Shown here piece after piece: positions 56,901 to 64,000 of a stretch of DNA of 64,000 nucleotides (position 1 is its first letter; every line of letters begins with the position of its first letter). The notes under the pieces are model-generated. The model saw only the letters and a program-made list of their open reading frames with translations. It was not told the DNA's origin and did no database searches. The stretch is from an uncultured virus (IMG/VR IMGVR_UViG_3300020183_000016). Taxonomy: Duplodnaviria > Heunggongvirae > Uroviricota > Caudoviricetes. The position numbers and the translations under genes were made by a program. The stretch spans positions 1-64,000 of IMG/VR virus record IMGVR_UViG_3300020183_000016; one strand, given 5' to 3'.

Positions 56901-59900
56901 AAACAAATGAAAATACTGTTACGGAATTAACAACATCAAGTAGTAATTATACTTTACCTTATATAGATTTTTCAGTTAATAATAGTTATTATAATTTACA
57001 AAACCCAGTAGGTTCTGTTTATAATTACTATGCGACTGAAATATTTTGGGATTGTTTTAATGAGGCTAGAATAGTTAAAGGTTTGGCTAATGGAACAATA
57101 TCTATTGCACCATTACCTAACTCTATTTTACAAGATCCATCTCTTATGACACCATCAAATTGGGAAGTAGAATCGATAGATGAGTATGGTAGAATAAGTT
57201 TTACGCCTATTATATACGATAATAATTTTATTTTAGATTGGAATAGTTCTGATGAGTTAAGTAATCTTTATAAAAACATTGCAGAATATTATGGATATCA
57301 GTTTGGTCAATTTACTATTGATTATACTAATAATACTTTGATTCCTTTTAATGGGAATAACCCTTATACGACAAATCCTAATAGTATAATAACTGCGGCG
57401 GTTGACCCTACAAAATTATCGTGCGATGCAATAAATAACGTATCAATTGTATTTGCTAGTGAAAAATGGAGTGGTTTTAAATTACCTGAATTAGATGATT
57501 GTAGTTGTACTATTGATTTTTCATTTGACTATATGTTAAAATATGAGGCACAAAATTTAATAGATTGTGCGGATCAAATAACTTGTCATCCAGCTATAAT
57601 ATATGATGCAACTAAAACAAATATAAATTGTTTAAATTTTGTTGCATTTACTAATAGTGATGAAGAATCTCAAAATTTACAAACTAACTTTAATGATAGT
57701 TTAGATCCTGTAGAAGAATATGTGATATGGCAAAATACTAATGTCTTAGAACCAAATAATGAATGTTGTATCGGAATTGGGGGTAATGTAGTTTCAGTAA
57801 ATCAATGGGCATCCACTAATCAAGTTTGGGTTAATACTATCATACAAAACTATAATACATTGTCAAATAATCCTTCGAATGAATTTTTAAATTCATTGAA
57901 TTTTAATTATTCAGAACTTTTATCTTACATAAAGGCGTATGTTAAAATTAAAAATGAATTAATTTTATTATTAGATAATTGTTACAATATTAATTTTAAT
58001 GTAGATGCATGTGAAATCAATTATGGTGAATATATAACAACACAAAATATATGCTCATTACAATTACCGTTAGAGTGTGGTTTATGGAGTAAAGTTAATT
58101 CTGATTTTCAAAAGTTACTATCTGAAATAGATAGAATTATTGATTTATACAATACAAATTGTGTTAATTCTCCTGTTAGTGGTGGTAATTCTACTAATAC
58201 GCCTATTGGTGTCGATCCTATTTTATTAGTGGAATTAAATAAAGAAACTAATTTTATAGATACTCAAAAAGATGAACAAATACAAGTGTATAGTTCTCAG
58301 GAAACTGCACTTAAAAATAAATTGGCTCAGACTACAAATATTATTAGTAAAAAAGAAAGTGATATTGTAGTTCTACAAAAAGCTTTAACTAATGTAGATA
58401 CTAGTTTGGATTGTAGTATTTATGAAAACAAAATAAAAGAATTAAAAAGTTTTGATTATTTTAGTTATTGTACCATAATTGTTTATGGTAATCAAAAAAA
58501 TGATGGTTCTAAAAATAAAGAATATAATAATTGTGTTTCCTCTAAAACAAAAGAAAATGAAGAACAAATAATCATTTATTCCCAATTGTTTAGTGATTGT
58601 GTAAATGTAAATCAATTAAATGAACAATTAGTAAAGGCAAAATTTGATAATAATTCTGTTTTAATAATTGAATTAGAAAAACAAATACAAGATTTAACAA
58701 CTAATATAAATAGATTAACAACAAACGCTAATAGTTTTTTAAGTTATGACGAATCATTGCGAAAATCTACATTATTATCTAATGATACAAAAAACACTAT
58801 TAGTAGAACTGCCAAAATTTTAGGTGTAACTGAAAAAAGTATAACGGATACTAGTGGTTATATAACACTTACTGATAAACAAAAAGTTAGACTAAATATT
58901 GAATTAACTAAAAATCAAAATCAGATTAATACTTTAACTAATGAAAAATCTGAAATAGAAACTCTTTTAAAAGAAAATAATAGTAATCAACAGGTAATAG
59001 AAAAAAATAGTAATCAACAACAAAATGTTTATAAATCTATTACAGTAGCTGGTGGGGGTAAAGGTGGTGGTGGAACACCTATTGTCTACGGATGTACATT
59101 AACTATAGGTAGTTATGTTTATGATTATGGTAATGGATATAAATATTTAATAAACCCTGCTAGTGGACCAACTCCTGCGGGAGCAGTTATGGATCCATCT
59201 TATTATAATGAAGATTGGACTTTAATTCCTGGCACAAATCCACAATTATATAAAAAAGGACCTTGTTATGGTATTAGGAGTTTAATAACTACTGGTGGCG
59301 GAACGAGTGGTACGGGTATACTTACTAACCCAGCAGGACCTGTAGGACCTGTAGGACTTGTAGGACCTGTAGGACCTGTAGGACTTGTAGGACCTGTAGG
59401 ACCTGTAGGACCTGTAGGTCCTGTAGGGCCTGTAGGTGGTACAGGTGTAGTTATTGCACTTGAACCAGAAGAAATAGATAATTTTGCGGTAAATTGTAAT
59501 ACCTTATATCCACTTAATAGTATCGCTATTACACCAAATGGGGTAATATTAAGTAATGGTGAAACAATTTCTGTAGAATGTTGTACTAAAGAAGTTACTG
59601 GTGTTGAGTCAATTTATGATTCCTCTCAAAAACAATGTATTTTAGTTACAATTAATAATATATGTTGTGATTCTAATATATTAATAGAATTAGAAAAATA
59701 TCTAGAAGAAGTAAATGAAATATTATTAAATATAGGATTAAAGGTTGAGGAATGTTATAACAATTGGTATAATACATTATTAAGTAATTATGAGTTATAT
59801 GAGGAAACAAATAATAACAATTATTTAAATTACATTGATGATTTAAAAATAAATTTTAAATTATTTGTTGATAATAATAATATAACTACTCAAAATAGTG

Positions 59901-62407
59901 TTGATACAAACTTAACATATTTACCATACACACAATCGGTGAACCCTATTTGGGAGTTTGATCCGACACAAGGTTATAGTGGTATTATTATAGATGGTGA
60001 CGAACAATTATTGGCACAAATAGAAGACTCTATATTCAGTCAATTATCTTCACAAAATATAGTATATAACAGTAATTTATTTGAACCAGATTGGAAAACA
60101 TTTAATTTTACTATTCCTGAATGTGTATGTGATGATTTAAGGAGATTATATCCGAATAAAGAGTTCTTTTTCTCTATAGAAATAGAAAACTATGAATGTA
60201 ATGTTTGTCTATTAGTGGATAATATAATGGTTAATGTTTCTGATTGTAAAACTAATAGAATATTATCCATAAATGATTGTATGATACCACAATTGAGTTG
60301 TGTTATTGACAATAAAAAATCTTGGGTGTATTATGAAGGTGGTGTTAAAAAAGAAACTGTTTATCCTGATGGTGAATGTAACACTGCATCAACAAATAAC
60401 TATGAGATTGTTAAATTCAGTAGTCCAGAAGATAGATTATGGACTGAATTAGAATATCGTTATACTAATTATGATGTATACCATTCTGATTTAATTTTAA
60501 ATGTTAAAAATACAACATTTAGTATTGATCCAGCAAAATCAATTGAGTGTGACGTATTTAATTTTTGGAAAAAAATAGATTGTGATAACTGCCCTACAAA
60601 TTGTGAAACAGATAATAAGATATTCCAATCGGGAGAAGATATGTTATTCCAACAGGCAGAAGAATACATTTTTCAAGATCAAATATCTACCTACATTAAT
60701 TTTAATGGTGTATTAAATATTAATAATACACTCACAAATTATACTATTGATTTAGGTGCATCCACATCTAGTAGTATACCATTTAGTTGTGAGACATTTA
60801 CTGATGTTTTACAAAATCAATTATTAGAGTTAAAAAATGATTATTATTCATTAACAGGTAATTATTCTGAATCCCTTAATGTCAACTATTACGATTTATT
60901 AGATAAAGGTGAAACACTTTCTAAATTTTATATAGATAAAGATAGTTGTAATAGTGATATTTTAGTTCTAAACAATAATAAAAATTTAGATAATTTATTT
61001 AGTCTTATTGTTGAGGACAGTGATGGGACAATTAATTTATTTGAAATATATGTTTATTCAGGTACACCACTTTATACTGGTGGTGTTGAACAACAAATTG
61101 GGGTAGGAATAACCGCACAAACATTTAATCAAAGTAGTGAAATCACAAAAGAATGTTGTTTATCTATTAATAAATTATTAAATGATACTGGTGTAGATGG
61201 ATTAGGTTTAGGTAAAAATTATCGTTGGGATGAACTTAATGAAGTTTGTTATTGGAGGGATATTGATGAGTGTGCAAATTGTAAAGGTGATTGTGAGTAT
61301 TGTGGTAAAATGAAAGAATGTGTTTCAGGTGTTACTACTAATAATACATATTCAGTTTGTATTAACCCATTAGATTATTTTGATACTGACCCAACTACTA
61401 TAATGGTTAAGGATGTATTTGATCAAATGGTTTTACGTAATTTAATTGATGTCAAAAGTAGACAAACTATAAGTGATTACCCATTACTTAGATTATTCTA
61501 CGAATTGTACTTAAACGCTAGTAATTGTGGTAAAGATTTATCGGGTAAATTTACATATGATACGATGTTTGAATTTATGGATAAAATTGGTGACTATTGG
61601 TTAGATTTAATTGAGCAAGTAGTTCCTGCAACTACAATATGGGAAGGTTGTGATAATTCGGGTAAAATTTATAGGAATACTATATTTGATCAAAATAAAT
61701 TTAAATATAAAAAATATAGTTTAAATTTTATTGATGTTGAAAATGATTGTCCTTTAAGTGCCCAAACTGATTTCAGTATAGGTGAAGAAACTTTGTATTC
61801 TTTAGTAGAACAAAAACCAATATATCCGACTAGTGATGAGATAAATAACATTAAAAATCAAATACGTAATAAAGAGATTGAAATTGCGATTGCAAACCAA
61901 CAATTAAATTTATTAAATAGTAAATTATGTTCTTTAAATTTACAGGATACTAATACACCTAATTTAAGTGTTAGTATTTCAGAAATTAATTTAGAGATAA
62001 GTGAAAAAAATAATTTAATAACACAACTTAATAATCAATTAACTGAGTTATTAGATAACCTATCTCAGTTAGAGACTGAATATATAGAACAACAAAATAA
62101 TTATTTAAATAATTTTATGAGTTGTAGTGGCATAACACAATCATTGATACAGGCGCAAAATAATCTTTCTAATTTTACGCCAGGTACTACATCATATGAA
62201 AGACAAAGAAACTTTATTGCGGGACTTAGGAATAAATATGATAAATGTGTTAGAAAAGCGAATACATTAATTAGTGATTATAATACAGTTTTTATTACAC
62301 AGATTTATGATAGTAATGAATATGAAGGAAATGTTACTATTTTGGGTGATCCAGATTGGGAAGAGGGTGGTCCTTTTTATAATCAAGAATTAATTCATAA
62401 TTGTTAG
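53951..62407 (+). CDS. Giant (2818 aa) baseplate wedge-like protein (T4 gp7 / P2 gpI-like core) with Cys-rich, coiled-coil and collagen-like inserts
   Basis: [61 protein letters not shown]; many CC pairs. Confidence 0.75.
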   Translation: MVNKRIKVAGYAQRIFFNDNIEYRDFSPDLVGFQLTSDGGTTLFTNGNFSISVNLDPKPDILFKQGARSKFFTLDDIVNEGTVQLDIQKNIRTKLNLDITNPLSYIWYGSAKELIRASLIEIQEKWPAAIYVDNKVGSITGYNITDYVYDIEADESTFSVNSNFFVNPYNIKYTLDSQYVGNNDTSNPLRNFTLKYGSYVVEHNGIVRKIKNITPSVQKTNSVLGLVVEGNPFPELTGIFIPQLSFLFNNVNASIPYFIKPNEDEIEKFFSGLNDFQLNILNRNIYPKYKSEIISTNYTDDGVLLTSKSILNFPILEDGYNLNFFDSFYIAYLDSLNKLGEGLDETKTDTIIRKYTTEAISSFDSLPKADGNDYVINGEKATKLLRIYGVEFDYVKKYINAIKFAHVVTYDKRNNVPDSLVKDLAFMLGLEPINFITDASFSKLFLPSNGSTTFSGTSVNMTQAEIDIELYRRLILNIAWLWKSKGSRKAVEFLFRFIGAPESLVNFNEYIVIVDKPLDIEEIKKLLYLYTGQVNLDNIPYDENGFPLPPINGDIVISNFIDPETGGLVENDFTEMYFQKAGGWYRETYGSNVVSVLNGNNPHVGPYDGGNEYLQYFSRCFIPNFDNEPTVTITANTLVQNYFLNYNYGIFNGISDNSDIYTTQITFNSLINGYQPIEECLDVEYSIIETPLQNDGKTTLQQSFDEAETQYNAFLELIKKDNYLIYSPEWQIIKNNYELSLKNCLNEVATENCDINKTLQICLNKTEKDLIEYSCSNLNLEECSPFYYYTNDDGLKVSFDEFPSCCVSLGGNYVSYVNEYGRQTEYCSKLAPCIGTPNSFLPNGIVVFTMTNNTTPQEGTYQINGKCYQYINTQISLTEFQQQYGSPESYISNYCIANNNPSLLTNSLIGVPILSNCSNYFNEISCNQTSIVSSPECCAWYGFDYQVVTQNSSNQSTPSTSLNVATPKISLQNNQVSSYIVCLKTNENTVTELTTSSSNYTLPYIDFSVNNSYYNLQNPVGSVYNYYATEIFWDCFNEARIVKGLANGTISIAPLPNSILQDPSLMTPSNWEVESIDEYGRISFTPIIYDNNFILDWNSSDELSNLYKNIAEYYGYQFGQFTIDYTNNTLIPFNGNNPYTTNPNSIITAAVDPTKLSCDAINNVSIVFASEKWSGFKLPELDDCSCTIDFSFDYMLKYEAQNLIDCADQITCHPAIIYDATKTNINCLNFVAFTNSDEESQNLQTNFNDSLDPVEEYVIWQNTNVLEPNNECCIGIGGNVVSVNQWASTNQVWVNTIIQNYNTLSNNPSNEFLNSLNFNYSELLSYIKAYVKIKNELILLLDNCYNINFNVDACEINYGEYITTQNICSLQLPLECGLWSKVNSDFQKLLSEIDRIIDLYNTNCVNSPVSGGNSTNTPIGVDPILLVELNKETNFIDTQKDEQIQVYSSQETALKNKLAQTTNIISKKESDIVVLQKALTNVDTSLDCSIYENKIKELKSFDYFSYCTIIVYGNQKNDGSKNKEYNNCVSSKTKENEEQIIIYSQLFSDCVNVNQLNEQLVKAKFDNNSVLIIELEKQIQDLTTNINRLTTNANSFLSYDESLRKSTLLSNDTKNTISRTAKILGVTEKSITDTSGYITLTDKQKVRLNIELTKNQNQINTLTNEKSEIETLLKENNSNQQVIEKNSNQQQNVYKSITVAGGGKGGGGTPIVYGCTLTIGSYVYDYGNGYKYLINPASGPTPAGAVMDPSYYNEDWTLIPGTNPQLYKKGPCYGIRSLITTGGGTSGTGILTNPAGPVGPVGLVGPVGPVGLVGPVGPVGPVGPVGPVGGTGVVIALEPEEIDNFAVNCNTLYPLNSIAITPNGVILSNGETISVECCTKEVTGVESIYDSSQKQCILVTINNICCDSNILIELEKYLEEVNEILLNIGLKVEECYNNWYNTLLSNYELYEETNNNNYLNYIDDLKINFKLFVDNNNITTQNSVDTNLTYLPYTQSVNPIWEFDPTQGYSGIIIDGDEQLLAQIEDSIFSQLSSQNIVYNSNLFEPDWKTFNFTIPECVCDDLRRLYPNKEFFFSIEIENYECNVCLLVDNIMVNVSDCKTNRILSINDCMIPQLSCVIDNKKSWVYYEGGVKKETVYPDGECNTASTNNYEIVKFSSPEDRLWTELEYRYTNYDVYHSDLILNVKNTTFSIDPAKSIECDVFNFWKKIDCDNCPTNCETDNKIFQSGEDMLFQQAEEYIFQDQISTYINFNGVLNINNTLTNYTIDLGASTSSSIPFSCETFTDVLQNQLLELKNDYYSLTGNYSESLNVNYYDLLDKGETLSKFYIDKDSCNSDILVLNNNKNLDNLFSLIVEDSDGTINLFEIYVYSGTPLYTGGVEQQIGVGITAQTFNQSSEITKECCLSINKLLNDTGVDGLGLGKNYRWDELNEVCYWRDIDECANCKGDCEYCGKMKECVSGVTTNNTYSVCINPLDYFDTDPTTIMVKDVFDQMVLRNLIDVKSRQTISDYPLLRLFYELYLNASNCGKDLSGKFTYDTMFEFMDKIGDYWLDLIEQVVPATTIWEGCDNSGKIYRNTIFDQNKFKYKKYSLNFIDVENDCPLSAQTDFSIGEETLYSLVEQKPIYPTSDEINNIKNQIRNKEIEIAIANQQLNLLNSKLCSLNLQDTNTPNLSVSISEINLEISEKNNLITQLNNQLTELLDNLSQLETEYIEQQNNYLNNFMSCSGITQSLIQAQNNLSNFTPGTTSYERQRNFIAGLRNKYDKCVRKANTLISDYNTVFITQIYDSNEYEGNVTILGDPDWEEGGPFYNQELIHNC
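59336..59434 (+). repeat. 11 x 9-nt collagen-like (Gly-Pro/Leu-Val) repeat
   Basis: GGACCTGTA / GGACTTGTA tandem units. Confidence 0.95.
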
Positions 62408-62449
62408 TAATAATGTTGTAAAGATAATATTTATAAATAAAAGAATAAA

Positions 62450-64000
62450 ATGGCAAAACAAAGACTAACCGATAGAATAATAACTAACAGTGTAGGATTA
62501 AACGATCTTATTCATGTAGTGAAAACAGGTGATACTTCACAAAATCCTGCGGGTTCTTCATATGCATCAACTATTGGGGTATTATTATCTTCTATTAGTG
62601 GTGGAACAGTAACAGGTAATTATTTACCTTTAAGTGGTGGAACAGTATCGGGGGCAACAAATTTTACAAATGGATTAACTGCGAATACTATATCTACCAC
62701 TAATTTATTAGTTAACGGTGTTCAGATAACTGGTGATACTTACGTTACGGGTGGTACATATTCTAGCGGGACATTAACATTTACTAATAATCAAAATAAT
62801 AGTTTTCAAGTTACAGGAGTTACATCATCTGGTGGAAGTGGAACGTTTACTGGAAATACTTCTGCAACATGTATAACTGATTTATATTTAACAAATTTAC
62901 ACGGATGCTCACCGATAACTGTACATGATGAAGTTCGGTCTATCGGATCAACATCAACGGGAATATTAAGTTTTTCATTTGGTGACGGAGTTACTGCTTC
63001 AGGAGATTATTCTCACGCTGAAGGGTATTTAACAATTGCTTCTGGAACAAGTTCTCACGCTGAAGGTAGTGAAACAATTGCATTAGGAGATTATTCTCAC
63101 GCTGAAGGGTATTTAACAATTGCATCAGGAGATTATTCTCACGCTGAAGGGTATTTAACAATTGCTTCTGGAACAAGTTCTCACGCTGAAGGTGGATTAA
63201 CAATTGCTTCTGGAACAAGTTCTCATGCTGAAGGGTATTTAACAATTGCATTAGGAGATTATTCTCACGCTGAAGGTAGTGAAACAATTGCATTAGGAGA
63301 TGCTTCTCACGCTGAAGGGTATTTAACAATTGCATCAGGAGATTATTCTCACGCTGAAGGTAGTGAAACAATTGCATTAGGAGATGCTTCTCACGCTGAA
63401 GGGTATTTAACAATTGCATCAGGAGATTATTCTCACGCTGAAGGGTATTTAACAATTGCTTCTGGAACAAGTTCTCACGCTGAAGGTGGATTAACAATTG
63501 CTTCTGGAACAAGTTCTCATGCTGAAGGGTATTTAACAATTGCATCAGGAGATTATTCTCACGCTGAAGGTAGTGAAACAACGGCATCAGGATTATATTC
63601 TCATGCTGAGGGTATAGGTACCATCGCTTACGAAGATTACCAGCATGTGTCAGGTAGATTTAATAATACCTCAAATGCAAGCCAATATTTTATAATAGGT
63701 GGGGGAACGTCAAATGTTGCTAGGGCAAATCTTTTAAGGGTTAGTAGTAATGGTAATTTAAATATTGCTGGAACATTAACAATGTCTTCTGCTGACTATG
63801 CTGAATATTTTGAATCGTTATCAGGTGATTCATTACCTTTTGGTACGGTAGTAGAATTAGTAGGTAAAAAAATAAAAGTTTGTGAAAACCCAAATAACGC
63901 AATAGGGGTAATTTCATCTAAGCCTTTGATATTAGGGAATGCAGAAGAAGGTACTGCCGATGAGTGGATCGATAAATACGAAAAAGATGAATGGGGTAGA
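62450..64000 (+). CDS. Tail fibre/adhesin with YadA-head-like repeats and Peptidase_G2-type intramolecular chaperone; runs off the window (not in ORF track)
   Basis: Manual translation from ATG 62450: MAKQRLTDR..., YLPLSGGT, 15 SHAEG repeats, SADYAEYFES...IGVISSKP...WIDKYEKDEWGR. Confidence 0.9.
   Translation, partial: MAKQRLTDRIITNSVGLNDLIHVVKTGDTSQNPAGSSYASTIGVLLSSISGGTVTGNYLPLSGGTVSGATNFTNGLTANTISTTNLLVNGVQITGDTYVTGGTYSSGTLTFTNNQNNSFQVTGVTSSGGSGTFTGNTSATCITDLYLTNLHGCSPITVHDEVRSIGSTSTGILSFSFGDGVTASGDYSHAEGYLTIASGTSSHAEGSETIALGDYSHAEGYLTIASGDYSHAEGYLTIASGTSSHAEGGLTIASGTSSHAEGYLTIALGDYSHAEGSETIALGDASHAEGYLTIASGDYSHAEGSETIALGDASHAEGYLTIASGDYSHAEGYLTIASGTSSHAEGGLTIASGTSSHAEGYLTIASGDYSHAEGSETTASGLYSHAEGIGTIAYEDYQHVSGRFNNTSNASQYFIIGGGTSNVARANLLRVSSNGNLNIAGTLTMSSADYAEYFESLSGDSLPFGTVVELVGKKIKVCENPNNAIGVISSKPLILGNAEEGTADEWIDKYEKDEWGR
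62993..63619 (+). repeat. 15 x 42-nt in-frame tandem repeat (TIAxGxxSHAEGxx)
   Basis: SHAEG codons recur from 63011 to 63599 with an exact 42-nt period. Confidence 0.97.

Noticed and set aside
3510..60669. Numerous minus-strand ORFs nested in long + genes (e.g., 5814, 7191, 16536, 16791, 29237, 31808, 43491, 45748)
   Set aside because: Antisense shadows rich in F/L/S/I with no motifs, fully overlapping well-supported genes.
871..62407. Stop-codon reassignment as seen in some large phages
   Set aside because: Core genes are intact in the standard code, and TAG (14097, 44583, 52138, 62407) and TGA (17256, 30482, 34547) end genes at sensible positions.
62991..63620. Repeat array as CRISPR, and the minus-strand ORF 62991-63587
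   Set aside because: Fixed 42-nt period, recurring rather than unique intervening sequences, and in frame with a + strand fibre gene. The minus ORF is its antisense shadow.
1..64000. Bacterial contractile injection system or prophage; tRNA/rRNA genes
   Set aside because: A T4-like replication block is interleaved with tail genes, with no host genes or integrase. No GC-rich structured RNA-like segments were seen.

Overview
A very AT-rich, densely coding 64 kb segment of a large myovirus (jumbo-type tailed phage with a T4-like gene set). The host is most likely in Bacteroidota: there are full TTTG-N19/20-TAnnTTTG promoters, A-rich translation starts without a Shine-Dalgarno sequence, and a Q-rule signal peptide. 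Almost all genes lie on the + strand. The order is tail sheath, a cluster of variable proteins, tail tube, more variable proteins, tail assembly chaperone, tape measure and baseplate hub genes. A replication block follows (gp32-like SSB, UvsX/RecA, 5'-3' exonuclease, DnaB-type helicase, class II RNR), then baseplate wedge genes (gp25, gp6, a giant gp7-like protein) and a YadA-repeat fibre with a Peptidase_G2-type chaperone that runs off the window. The most striking feature is about a dozen unrelated proteins sharing short N-terminal (sometimes internal) basic/amphipathic leaders that end in [LIV]-x-E. These look like head-targeting, prohead-protease-cleaved propeptides. Their payloads include membrane helices, a pre-toxin-like segment, a zincin plus HAD phosphatase, and an OmpA-like plus Cys-repeat protein, suggesting a modular virion-delivered effector system. 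Also notable are a probable +1/-2 frameshift in the tail chaperone, three promoter classes, two antisense host-promoter cassettes, a degenerate GH19 domain and several small ORFs missing from the ORF track. All product calls come from motif recognition by eye, not database searches.
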